NCBI RefSeq assembly: GCF_009914755.1
Contig: NC_060927.1
Source of the DNA: the human T2T-CHM13v2.0 reference genome, Homo sapiens
DNA length: 64,000 nt
Strand: one strand, 5' to 3'
Both the position numbers and the translations under genes were made by a program. Position 1 is the first letter of the stretch, and the number at the start of each line of letters is the position of its first letter. The notes below the pieces were generated by a model. The model was given only the letters and a program-made list of their open reading frames with translations, was not told the origin of the DNA and did not search any database. Below, piece by piece: positions 45,481 through 59,350 of this stretch.

Positions 45481-45788
45481 TATTTATTTTTATTTATTTA
45501 TTATTTTTTAATAGAGTCTCACCCTGTCTTCCAGGATGGAATACAGTGCCATCTTGGCTCATTGCAACCTCTGCCTCCCGGTTCCAGCGATCCTCCCACC
45601 TCACCTTCCTAAGTAGGAGTGCGGAATTATAGGCGTGCACCGTCACATGCCTGGCTAATTTTTTTTTTATTTTTTGTGGAGATGGGGTTTTGCCATGTTA
45701 GCCAGACTGGTCTCAAACCCCTGACCTCAAGTGATCTGCCCACCCCTTCCTCCCAAAGTGCTGGTATTACAGGTGTGGTCCCTGGCCT
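45481..45788 (-). mobile_element. Diverged Alu (AluJb/Sx-like)
   Basis: Dimeric Alu motifs (gcaacctctgcctcc, ctgacctcaagtgatctgccc, cccaaagtgctgg) with a (TTTA)n tail. Confidence 0.9.
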
Positions 45789-46069
45789 TTTAACATTTTA
45801 ACTTATGAATTATTTTCATACAAGATAATAGTCTTTTTAAAATGCAGCTTAAGTTTATTCTGTGGTATATTTTGCTCATATTTTTCTTACTAGCAGCTTC
45901 AGGGGATAAGTTGGTTTTGAAGGAAATGTATTTTCTTTGATAACTTGGCAACATGCAAACCTGTTCTCTCTCTCACAGACTTCATGTAGGAAACAGTCTT
46001 TCACTGTTGCAGACTGTAAGGAAGAAGAACCAAAGAGAGTCATGGGCGAAGCCCCAAAGACCCTCTTTA

Positions 46070-46640
46070 AGAGTACATCTGATCATGTCACATGTCTCTA
46101 AAATTACACATACTCCAAACTCCTTTTTGCCTGCAGAATACTTTAAACATTTTAATGGGCCTTCAAAGGCCTTCCAGGAACTTGTCCTTACCTCCTTTTT
46201 CAACCTCAGTTTCTACTACCAACCTACACAAATTCTGCATTTCAGAGGTGTCTACCGACTTACAACCACTTGAATATGCCATACTGTTTCACATCTCCAT
46301 GCCTTTGCACCTGCTATTTCCACTACTGGAACTGCCATCCTTTTCCTAGTTTCCACTTTTGATAAACTCCTACTCATTCTGAAAGACAGTTCCCATCTGT
46401 ATGAGCTTCCCTGAGCCACCCAAACAACAACCCACTCCCTTGTACTTGTGCCAACCCTATACCTATTATTTATCTCATTGTTGAATTTATTATACCTCAC
46501 TGTCATACTTTGTCCTTAAATACATTTTTAGTCTGTCTATAAGTTTCTTCCAAACAAGACCTGTGTACCTTTCAAATTCATATTATTAGCAATTAGCACA
46601 GTTCCTGGCACACAAAGATGTTCCATAAAAGTTTCTGAAT
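46070..46640 (+). mobile_element. L2 3' region
   Basis: catctgatcatgtcac...atgcctttgcacctgctatt...agcacagttcctggcacac...gaataaa. Confidence 0.75.
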
Positions 46641-47659
46641 AAATCTGAAGTATTCTTGACCTAAGGAATGAAACAGCATCTCTTCAAGAGTAATATTTTT
46701 TAAAATATATAATAAAATAATGCCACATATTAATGTATGTCCAATAGGAAAATTATGACTTTACATATTCTGTCCTATCATCCGACAAGATAGCTTGAAT
46801 TTTTTACTTGAAAAATATGAATAACATGAATATAAAAAGTAAATAATGGGTTTCATTGACCAACATTTAATTCTAAACAGTGATCAAGATTTTAAGTTAA
46901 ATATATTTCTGTCCTAATGTCTCAAGTTGCTAAGAAGATATTGATTATCTGGACACCAAAAAATAGTTTCCAGATGAAATCTGTACATCTATGTCCTTTG
47001 TATTCGTAGGCACAGACACCTACTAGGAAGTTAAATGTGTAAATTCAGGTGAATTTCCAAAACACACAAAACATTCTAATTACTTGGGTCAATGGGTTGA
47101 TAGAAACCTTAGTCCCAGGACTGATGAGCAAACAGAACATTGACCTTCTCAGACTAACCGACATTTGTTGAAGCCTTCAGAGTGGGATATTCAGGTGGGG
47201 TGAATTGGGTACAAACCAGTCATATGAACCTGGACAGGGGACTTCTTTCTGAACTGCAGCTCCTCTTCTGTAAAATTAGGGGCCTAGATGATATACCCTA
47301 GAGTCTTCCAGGTCTCACACCCTGTCAAGCTATGGATTGTTTCAAATTATAATAAATGACGAGGGAGGTTAAGTGATATTTACTGGTATATGGCAAATAA
47401 GAGGCCTGCTTCTCAATTCAACAATCTCATTTTTCCCCTCGCCTTTGAAGACAAAAAATAAAAAATAAAACAAATTAAAAACAAAAATAAGATGCTTTTC
47501 TTATATGCAACACATTTAAAATGGGTGGACAAATAAAGCATTTATTCTAGTTCATTATAGAAAATATATTGAAACCACTGTCACTTTGGGTCATTGTAGA
47601 AGATGTACATACTTTTGTTATACATGGAAATATTAAGCAACTAACATATTCATATTTAT

Positions 47660-47850
47660 ATAGGATTTACAGTTTTCCAAAACACTCATGTGTAATGCCT
47701 TGTTTAATCTTTGAAACACCGCTGAGAGTTAGGACCCTTTGATTTAGACAGAGGATGGGACAGAGAGGTTCAGTGTACTGCGTGAGGTCCAGCAACTAAT
47801 AAATGTAGAGCTAAGCTTCAATTGTCAGTCTCTAGATTCAATTCAGCTTC
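47660..47850 (-). mobile_element. MIR
   Basis: gggacagagaggttcagtgtactgcgtgaggtccagcaactaataaatgtagagc. Confidence 0.6.
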
Positions 47851-47934
47851 ATTCTGTTATCAATGCAACCCCTCCCTCCAGTCATATTATTCATGCAGAG
47901 GATGTGGCTAAGTGAGAAGAGAAGAGATTGGAAG

Positions 47935-48400
47935 GCTCATTTATTTATTCAAAAACTATTTGCCAGGCACCTACTCTATGCCAGACACTCTGCTAGATGC
48001 CAGGGAATATCAAACCTCACACGATCCCTGCCCTTCTGGACTTCTAGATCTTACACTTCCAGGAGAGATTAAAGTGGATAAAACGAATTGTATGCCATGG
48101 GCACATGTTACAAGTGGGACATAAAGATATAAGCAAGGAACTATGGGAACCCATTGAACAATTCATCATGTTCATGAGAATCAGAGACAGCCTCTGGCAT
48201 TTAGCTAGGCCTTGAAGAGGGAGGAGTATTTCAATAGGGAGCATAGCAAGGGAAGGCGTGCCAACATGGAAAGAAGAGCAGGAATGACAGCCCGGATGGA
48301 TGAGAGTGCAAAGCTCACCCAGGAAGGTAGTTCTTTTGGCCTGTATGGCAGGAGAAAGACTGAGTGGGCATCGTTTTGTTCAGAGAAAGCCAGACCAGCC
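47935..48400 (-). mobile_element. L2 3' end
   Basis: tcatttatttattcaaaaactatttgccaggcacctactctatgccagacactctgctagatgc. Confidence 0.7.
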
Positions 48401-48498
48401 CTGAGGCAGCAAAGTAAAATATCCTCTCTATGTTTTTCATTCTCCAAGCTTTGCCACAGAGGATGTTTACTTGCTCTTGGCTTCGGAATATCCTTAAG

Positions 48499-48688
48499 AA
48501 CGGTTCTCAAAGTGTGGTGCCCAAATCAACAGCCTTGGTATTATCTGGTAACTTGTGAGAAATACAAATTCTCAGGCTAGTGTCACAAATTTACCAAATC
48601 ATAAACTCTGAGGGTAGGGCCCAGAAGTCTGTGTTTTAGCAAGTACTCCAGGAGACTGTGATGTTCACTCAAATTTGAGAATCACTGC
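48499..48688. mobile_element. MER5A
   Basis: ggttctcaaagtgtggt...cttgtgagaaatacaaattctcagg...tttgagaatcactg, terminal inverted repeats about 190 bp apart. Confidence 0.85.
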
Positions 48689-49622
48689 TTTGAAGGACTT
48701 CCGCCCATTTGAATATCCTTATACCAAAAAACGTCAGTTCTAACCCAGAATTACCAACACACTCCTGAAATCTACAGGCTAACTTTGTATGCTCATGTAA
48801 GAGAAGCTTGCAAGATGGACTGTTTGGGAATAAACTAGGAATTTATGCTGAGGTGGTGAGTCATCACTTTTTAGGGCTACTGAAAGGGAGACTTAAGCAC
48901 CCATTGTTAATTTGAGTAGATGCCATCTGTGGCCCTACTCTCCTTGGAATAAACTTCTGTTGTGACACAGAACTTACTGTTAGCCTTCTGTAACATCATA
49001 TTTCGAATGGTGCACTAATAGAAATTGTGAAATGCTCTTTAGGGAACACCTATGTCATATTTAAGCATGACAGTTACAGAAGAGACGGTGGGCATATCCA
49101 TTTCTCTGCAGTCTTTGGGTTTGGCTTAAAACTGGTTGTAATTCAGTTTGATAAATGATCACCAAGCTCTCTTTATGTCATCACTGTAACTAGGCTAGGA
49201 GTGGTGACGAGAAATAAGTCATAGCTCTTGTTTTTGAGGCATTCAGTCCATTTCTTTAGAATAATCAAAAAATCTCACTTTTCCCAAATCATCCCCAGGA
49301 GTTTCTCTGGTCCCTACATTTTGGTTTCTTCCTGGAATGCTCAGCCAGCCTCGCTTTCTGTGCCCATCAAAATCTGTCAAAGCCATGCTCCAACGCCACC
49401 AGTTTTCCTCAACTAGATATGATCTCCTTTTAAACAATGCAGGCCAAATAATTATTTTTCTCTTACAGAGTTTTGTAGCCTTCTGAGAACGCAGTACAGA
49501 TCTATAATATTAAAAATATCCAAATTAGTTCCTGTATGTCCTGTATAAAAACCTTGAAGCAAATAATTTCTAATTAAAAATACAACAGATCAAATTTTCA
49601 TTAAACCAAAATAAATAAATAA

Positions 49623-49959
<337 letters not shown>

Positions 49960-51089
49960 TCATTTGAAGCTTCTTAAGGTGAGTGTGCCACTCAGACTTC
50001 ACAAATATTTAATGTTGCCTAACAAGTATGTGAAGGATTTCAGGATTTTGCCACTGTATAAACAAATAAATAATAAAGTTACTTAAGAATTTTAGGCTTG
50101 GAAGTAGGCACAAAGGAAGCTAGTGTTTTGTGGAAGTTTGGAGGCCAAGTAGGAGGGCTGGGAATAAACTATAGGTTATCTGGCTGTGCTTCCCAGGTCC
50201 TTCCTAATTAGCATTAATGGGTAATACATAGTTGCAGTGTCACACAGGACAGCAGAATTTTTTTGAGATAATTGATTGCTACTAGAAATTTTTGAGAAAT
50301 AGAGTTTATCTGTTGCCAAGAATGGCTAAAATCTGATCTGGATCTAAATGATAAAAAAAATAAATAATCTCCATATCAGCAACCCAATAGCACTTTGAAT
50401 TTACATATGATTTTCTACAAGATATTTTATTTAAGCATAACAATAGCTCTGTCCTACTCTGGTATCTTGCCACAGATGGGCATTCAATGTATCTTTAAGA
50501 AGGGACACAACAAATGATAGCCGAGTTAAGGATTAGTCCCATTTTATAGATGAAAAGCAGAGGCTTACAGTGATTGAGGAAAAGTGACAGAGTCAGAAAT
50601 GTTCAACGTGAAGCAGAAGAGAGGCTTCTTGAACGTAGTCCGTTCCTTTCCCCACACCACCCTGCATCACAGTTTGACAGACCTGTGTACCACTCCTTCC
50701 CTTACATGTAGAAACTGGTTATGGTTTTCGTATATTCAACAGAAAGAGTGTCCTCATGATATTTCTCTGATAAATGCTAGCTATGTATAGAAACCCACAG
50801 CTAATCAGCCACTTCTGACAGATCAGTGTGAAAAAAAAAATAGTCAACTAGATTGATGGACCACATTTTTTACTTTTCAGAGGAATGTGACAGTTTTCCC
50901 CCTCATTCCTTGGAGCAATGATAAAGAATCCTTCCAATTCTGTATTTGAGCACAAGGAACAAATTTTAGGAGTAATAACTCAATATTAATATAGTAAATT
51001 TTGCTGTATAGATTATGAAACATCTTCTTAAAGTCCTATTTTGTATATGGTGTATAAAACATCGATGACATAAATTCCACTCAAAATTC

Positions 51090-51558
51090 TCTGTGTGCAG
51101 AGACATCTGCTGCCTGGCCAATATCTATTCTCACTTCCTCCTTATTAACACAATCTCTGTATTGTTGATAGCAACAATGTGCCCAGCTACATATCCTAGC
51201 CACCCTTGTAGATAGGTGTTAAAATTTAAACAATTTTAAGAGGGACTTCAGAGAAGCAGAAAGCATTCCATTGACAGGCCTTTCTTTTTTTCTACATCTC
51301 TATTTCTAAAACTCAGATGTGATGGTTGGAGCTGCAATAGACAGACAGACATCTTTAGACCATGACTTGACCTTGAGGATGGAAGCTACAGAATAGGAAC
51401 GCAGAATAGAAGGATTGAGAAAAACTGAGAGGCTGATGAAATCACAACATCACCATACCAGCCTCTTGACTTCTACATCAAGGGAAAATTAATTCTATTT
51501 AGTTTACAAGTATTACTTAGATTTCTGTTACTAGTTGACCCATTTAATCATAACTGAT
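51090..51558 (+). mobile_element. MLT1 (J-like) MaLR LTR
   Basis: gcaacaatgtgcccagcta...gatgtgatggttggagctgcaa...gaccatga...gaggatggaagc...atttctgttact. Confidence 0.7.
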
Positions 51559-52213
51559 GAGTCCCCCAAAATATAAGTAAAATAAAGAGCTAGAAAATTT
51601 TGATTAGGACTATATTTTGAAATTAAAGAGCTACTGAGTAATAGATGGACGAGTGTCCCATGCTAATATGGCCTAGAAGAAGAAGATGATTTTCCCTAAA
51701 TAAGGCAACCAGAAATGAACGTTATCAGGAGTCTGAGTCATGCCAGAAAGAAGATGATGATGTTTGCAAACCCGCATAATGATGCAATAGAGATGGGGGA
51801 ATGGGAAGAGGTGAACACAAGCATGAGGATTTTAGAGCGAAAGGTCAGTGAAGCCATAGGAAAAGAAGCTGTTTGGGACTGGAGGGGAAGAATAACTAGC
51901 ACTCCAGACACATGGGCCGAGAAAAGAAACGTTACATGCCAGAAAAGAAATTCCCTCATCCAGGAGGTTCAGGCAAAAAAAAAAAAAAAAAAAAAATTCT
52001 TTTCCTTGCAGTACCTAGCACAGGACTTTTTAGAAGGGTATGCACTCAATAAATGTATGTTAATTAATGTACAGCCATCCAAAAAATCAGTGACGGAAGC
52101 TCACCTGGGAAGCCTTACTCTCAAAATACTGGATAAAACACACTGTTTCATCCCAATCCTTTCTTAGTATCCTTTAACTGTCACTAAACAACACCTAAAT
52201 TATAAGGTGAAAA

Positions 52214-52214
<1 letters not shown>

Positions 52215-52256
<42 letters not shown>

Positions 52257-52260
52257 AGAG
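52215..52260. repeat. (AC)19(AG)4 microsatellite
   Basis: Directly visible. Confidence 0.95.
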
Positions 52261-52395
52261 AATTATAGTAAAGCAGATACATGTAGTCAAAGCCTCATAG
52301 CACAAAAGGAATGAGAATTTAAACACACTCAGCATTCACTTGTGACCACTATTTAAAACTTCATGCTCCATATTTACACATTTGTTTCTCTAGTG

Positions 52396-52610
52396 CAGTG
52401 GTTCTCAGCCGGGGTGATCTGGCCCCCAGGGACATTGAGCAATGCCTATATCTCTGATTGTTATAACTGGGGTGGGAGGAGGGGTGCTACTGGCATCCAG
52501 TGGGTAGAGGCCAGGGATGCTGTTAACCAACCATCCTGCAATGCACAGGACAGCCTCCCACCTCCAAACCAAAGACTTAAGCCATACATATCCAGTAACA
52601 ATGCCAGCTA
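52396..52610. mobile_element. MER20 hAT-Charlie element
   Basis: cagtggttctcagccggggtgat...gctactggcatccagtgggtagaggccagggatgctg...aatgcacaggacagcc. Confidence 0.9.
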
Positions 52611-55610
52611 CTTCAAGATTATGGCATACTCTCTCCAATGTTGACAGTCTTTTAGTTCATGTAATATTTTTCAGAGTACCCAACAAGAAAACACCTAGCA
52701 GTGTAGGCTCATGAAAATGTAATGTGTGGTCTGTAATCCTTGACGCGACCTGGCTTCCAATGTATTTTTTGTTCACAGGAAGCTTGAAATGCATAATAGC
52801 CACAATTATTAAATATATACTAATTGGCAAGTACAATGTGAAAAACTTTACAAAGATAAATCTTGGTGAATCTACAGAACATTACTGAGGGATAGGTATT
52901 AGTATAAAGTCTCACGGCCAAGGTCACAGCACTTATAAACAACAGAGGTCCCCAGTACATATCAACAATGGGAAGGTTAATATGTAATCATACAATGGTT
53001 GCTATTCTGGATATCTATGTTCTCTGCTGAGTTGAGGTTTTTTTTTTCCTTTACATTCATAAAGACAATAACTTTCTTGCACAGAATGCTTCCTGAAATG
53101 TACTGTACATTTCTGAACTTTATTTGATATAACGTATTGAACATAATTTAATCTTCCCTTAACATGTCAGGGCGGTTATGATGAATATCCACATTGTTCT
53201 GTATTAGAGCAAATGAAATATTCAGGGCTTCCTGTCACTTCACTAGATAGTCCCAATGCTTTTAGAGTTTTTCTGTCTGATTTTTATCATTTTTCTTTGT
53301 CTGCCTTTCTGGCAGAGTTGGAACTGCCTCTTTTTAACTAGAGAGAACTATTAAAAAAAAAAAACAGAGAACTATTAGAACTGTAAAACAAGCTCCTAAA
53401 AGAACCTCCCATAGTGTAGGGGGAGAGGGGAGGGAGGTGAGAAGGAAGAAGAGCTGAGACTATACAAGCTTCTGGGTATCAATTTTATCTGCACCAAATT
53501 CCTTTTGGCTTTATTTCTTGGTTTACAACTGAGTTCCAACTACCTGAATTTGTTAAATCTATGAGATTCGGACTCATGTGGTCTTAAAATACAGGTAGTA
53601 GACATTTTAATCATAATTTTTAAAATCCTACATTTGGCTATAGTATAATGGGATCTTATGTATCTACCAAGCTATGCATGTCCACTAACACTTAAACCCA
53701 AATTTATCAATAAAACCATATTTCCTAGACATTTCCAAACAATAATTTTAGTTTTCAAACATGCAGCTCCCATTTTTAAATTGCCAAAAGATCAAAACAC
53801 TAATAAAATTTTCAGAAGTAATAAGTGTGGCAAGATAATATGAAGTTTTAAAGGCTTTTTTACTCTGGGCTAAACTATATTTCTGCAATGAGTACCACGA
53901 GACTATTTGGGTTTTTTTTTTCACTCTATCATTGCTCTTTTGGAAAACAGAAAGGACCTTTATCAGCACTTTGCAATTGCAGATAAAAAACAGTACACTG
54001 ACAGAGACGCTGTGAAGTTTAACTAGGACAAAAATACAATAGGACACATCAGTGATTCTTGAAAAATCACAGAAAAACCATGGTAAATGTGCTACATAAT
54101 CAATCAGTCCACTGTTTAAAAAATTACATTGAAATAGATTTTCTATATAGTTTTATACAAACAAAATAGGTGGTAAACCGGACCCATGCCTTAGCAGGCT
54201 GAAAGCTGATACTGAACCTGCCAGTGGTCAGGTACCCAGAACTTGGCATATCAGACTGCTGCATTGCTTCTGTAGCTCATCACTTGCCTCTTTCAACTCA
54301 AGATCAGCTGCTGGCTTGTGAGAACGTTCCCTTGGGTACCTAAATGCTGCTACCAGCAGTTTTATTACTTCTGCCATGACTTTCTGAAGCTGAGCAAGCT
54401 GCAGCCTCTGCACGAAGATCCTCATGGAGAGCAGAGCAACGCAGAGTTTGGAGCGTGCTAACCAGTAAACAAAGTTTTAGGGTGCATTAGCTTTACCCTA
54501 GAAAGCAGGGCACTTGGCTTATTTTGAAATAATAGGTTAGCTTGAGAATAAATAAAAATTCTGCTTTTCTTTTAAATCATAGTTTTGCATAACTTAGGTT
54601 TTCAATGAAAATAATTTATTTGTCCAGTGCAATAATTAGTATGAAATTACCACTGCACTTAAGATTTTTAAAAAACCTCATTTGCTACATATCAAAATAG
54701 TTATCCCATTAGAAGCTGAAGACAGAGTGCCTGAAAAGGTGACTGAGTTTTTCTCTGGAAATTTTATAGGCTTTCCATTTGTTCTAAAAAACAAACAAAC
54801 AAACAAAAAACCATAATTTGATATATTCTAGAAACCCAGGTGCCAGGCCCTTTGCAAAGTACACAGGATTCAAAGGTAAGTCATACATGGCCCCTGCCTT
54901 CCAGGGTTAGTGGTCCGGCCAGGACGCCAAGCTGCTTCCCTATGTGCCTTGAGTGGATCATGGGACAGGACAAATCAGGCTTGAAAGTCATCCCAAAACT
55001 GATGGTTTCAGCTGCTGATGCTAGATTTCCACGGATAGGAAAACATGAGCTCAACAATGGACATCATCTATTCTAAAATGATCCCAGAAAATTATAACTA
55101 CTGAGGGTAAGTTTGTAGCAATACATTAGTGTGACATCATAAAAATAAAGTGTTGATACATCTTATGGCATTTCTTCTCCCTACATCCCATTAAAATACA
55201 CAAAAACAAAAAATATGACCTGACAGAACTATAGCAATGAAAACTAAACTGATAATATCTAACAACAGTTTTTCAGCACCCAGGAGAAATCAGTACTCAT
55301 CTGTATAAGATGAGCATGTGGCCTCATCCCCAGCTGATGTGTATATACAGGGCTAGAAAAGTAGCAGAAACCATCAGTCGCTCCCACTGTGTAGCTCCCT
55401 CTCCAACCTGCAGAAATCAGAAATCTTACATCCCCCTTCCCACATATATTACAATAAGAAAATACAATAAGGAAATGGTTAACTAAGCCATCTAGGATGA
55501 TTTTCTCTCTCCCATGACATTTGCTTTTTCCCTAAAGCAGCATTAGTGGATTACCCTTATAGAAAAAGTTGAAGACTGTAATTCCCAGTGGTACAGAAAT
55601 TCCAAGTAGG

Positions 55611-56457
55611 GTCAAATGGTATTTCTAGTTCTAGATCGTTGAGGAATCGCCACACTGACTTCCACAATGGTTGAACTAGTTTACAGTCCCACCAACAGTG
55701 TAAAAGTGTTCCTATTTCTCCACATCCTCTCCAGTACCTGTTGTTTCCTGACTTTTTAATGATGCCATTCTAACTGGTGTGAGATGGTATCTCATTGTGG
55801 TTTTGATTTGCATTTCTCTGATGGCCAGTGATGACGAGCATTTTTTCATGTGTCTTTTGGCTGCATAAATGTCTCCTCTTGAGAAATATCTGTTCATATC
55901 CTTCATGATTTATAATCCTTTGGGTATATATCCATTACTGGGTATATACCCAAAGGATTATAAATCATGCTGCTATAAAGACACACACACACGTATGTTT
56001 ATTGTGGCACTATTCACAATAGCAAAGACTTGGAACCAACCCAAATGTCCAACAATGATAGACTGGATTAAGAAAATGTGGCACATATACACCATGGAAT
56101 ACTATGCAGCCATAAAAAAGGATGAGTTCATGTCCTTTGTAGGGACATGGATGAAGCTGGAAACCATCATTCTCAGCAAACTATCGCAAGGACAAAAAAC
56201 CAAACACCTCATGTTCTCACTCATAGGTGGGAATTGAACAATGAGAACACACGGACACAAGAAGGGGAACATCACACACCAGGGCCTGTTGTGGGGTGGG
56301 GGGAGGGGGGAGGGATAGCATTAGGAGATATACCTCATGTTAAATGATGAGTTAATGGGTGCAGCACACCAACACGGCACATGTATACATATGTAACAAA
56401 CCTGCACGTTGTGCACATGTACCCTAGAACTTAAAGTATAAAAAAAAAAAAAAAGAA
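55611..56457 (+). mobile_element. 5'-truncated, 5'-inverted L1PA (about L1PA3-5) with intact TSD
   Basis: Antisense ORF2 segment 55611-55904, then sense ORF2 end, 3' UTR and poly(A) from 55931 to 56457. 16-bp TSD agaaattccaagtagg at 55595-55610 and 56458-56473. Confidence 0.95.
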
Positions 56458-56869
56458 AGAAATTCCAAGTAGGACGTAATGTAAAGTTGTTGAGTGGGCA
56501 CTAGTGAAGATAGGAAGAGCTCTGACCATTGTATACTCTGTTTTTGGAAAAGTAAGAACTAGAAAATTTTCAACTTACAAGGGATGAAAAATTATCTTCT
56601 TCAGAGCCAAAGAAGTATCTTCTACATTGGAAGCAGGAGATACTTCCTTATTTAGGCAGAACCATACTAATAGACCTCCTAAAAATTAGTGAAGAGCTTT
56701 GTACAAATCTATTACACTCTCATGGAAATTATTGGGGAATAAGGGAAAACAGAGAAGCCTCACTTTTGGAAATTCCAGGGTTGGATTCATGCTCAAGGAA
56801 AAGTAAACATTTGGGGGTGGGGGTGGGGCAAAAAAAAAGCACAGGCTGGACACATGCTATAAAATTGAA

Positions 56870-57700
<831 letters not shown>

Positions 57701-58149
57701 AAATAAAATGACTGACATGTTAAGGTTCAACCTTCTGCTATCCAAAACCAATGAGAGCCAGACCTGGTAAATTCCCTGGGGCCTCTGCATTCAAGACAAA
57801 CAGACCCAGTTCAAATCGTAGCTTTACTACTTAAAAGCTGCATAAATATGGGCAAGTTACAATATCACGCTTGCCATAAAATTCTACTTCAAGAAGCTTT
57901 ATCACATCAACACATCCCACTCCCTAATGAAAAATCCCTTTCACTGATCTCCTACTGCATCTGACTCAGCCTGAGTGGGCTTCCTTATTCCTCACTCCAT
58001 ATTCCACAGTCTTCATTCACCAGCGTATGTCCAAAAGAAATGGTGAAAGAAAAGAAAAGGAAAGGTAAGAGAAAGAAGGAAGTAGCCTCAAGGTCATTCT
58101 CCCTGGAGTAATAGCGACTGCCTTCAAAAGAGAGTCACAGTTAACTTTT

Positions 58150-58600
58150 AATAAAATATCTCAAATGATATGTTATTCATCCTCCAGAGGTAATATCCTT
58201 GTCTTATTGAAAAGGCAGGTTTGCTTTGGTAGCTGAACACTTCCTGTATTAGCTTATTTCCACCATTCATTTTCATTACAGATTCATTTTCATAAATCTG
58301 AATCATTGCAAAATCCAAATAAATAGCCTCCAATAACTTCAATAACCATATTAGCCATCTCATCAATTCAACCTCTAAAATGCTCTTTCTCAGGGATGAC
58401 TTGAAAGCTACCTAGGTCAGGGTCAGTCTCCAATACATTCATTTGCTCTGACAAGCTGATTTCCATAGGCTAGGAGGTCTGACTTGGATCCTCTACAAAG
58501 AGGAGCCCTTGATAGACTCTTTTAAATACAGCCCAAACTCTGTCTCCAGTTTTTACAGATTCAGTGCCTCAAGCTGGGGTTTCTACAACTAATGCAAGCT
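58150..58600 (-). mobile_element. L3/CR1 reverse-transcriptase relic
   Basis: The minus-strand translation contains EAIYLDFA, resembling the CR1/L2-clade RT motif D(V/A)IYLDF(S/A)KAFD. The surroundings are degenerate. Confidence 0.5.
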
Positions 58601-59154
58601 TTAAACAGCTTCTTCTCCTCTAAGTATCATTTTCACTATCAATAAGGACCCAGCCTTTATGCTAAGTCTTTTTCTACCAACATTTTCCCTTATTTCATTT
58701 TGAGTCAGAGTCTTATTGATTACCAGAAGGAATAGATCATAATTATACTTTTTAAATAATTAAATAATGATCGCAACAAATGCACAAATACTTGTATGTT
58801 TAGTACTGTTTATCTCCAAAGATCGTTGGGAGACCTGGTTCTCAAGAAGCCTGGGTTCTCCTCTGGATTCTTCTACCAAATAGCTACAGTAGAGGCAATT
58901 CCCTTCTCTTTTAGGGCTTTAAGTAACAAAGCTAACTGGTGAAGGAGACAATACCAGAATTCTGGTTCATGATCATGCAATGTTCTTTTTAGGTAGGCCA
59001 CCAGAACTGAGACAGAAATAACACACTAGCATGACTTGGAAAACTTGCAGACAGAAAAAGTAACAATCAAGTAAGGTAATTTGTGTAGAAGTGCTTTGTA
59101 AATGCGTAGTTACTAATACAGTTTTATGTGGTTGTCAGGCAGTTGTCTATAAAA

Positions 59155-59350
59155 TGAAAAGAGTACCAGATTTAGAATTAGAAGATCTGATGATAATTGT
59201 AGTCTAGGGAATATTTGAGTATCAATTTTCCTACAGACATTAATGGTACAATAGTACTCTCTTCGCAGAATTGTTCTGAAGGTCAAATGTAATAACTTTG
59301 TCAAAGCACCTACTCCAGAGGGTAGCACATAGTAGAATCTCAATAAATGG
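59155..59350 (+). mobile_element. MIR
   Basis: gcagaattgttctgaaggtcaaatg...gcacatagtagaatctcaataaatg. Confidence 0.6.

Noticed and set aside
51715-52167. 150-aa ORF
   Set aside because: It runs through a genomic poly(A) (poly-Lys) and an L2-like tail. It has no recognisable domain or exon boundaries.
55869-56237. 122-aa ORF resembling the L1 ORF2p C-terminus
   Set aside because: It belongs to a truncated, inverted L1PA without a promoter and is not a gene.
56294-56314. G-quadruplex motif (also 61536-61559)
   Set aside because: It is the standard G-rich tract of the L1PA 3' UTR and is not locus-specific.
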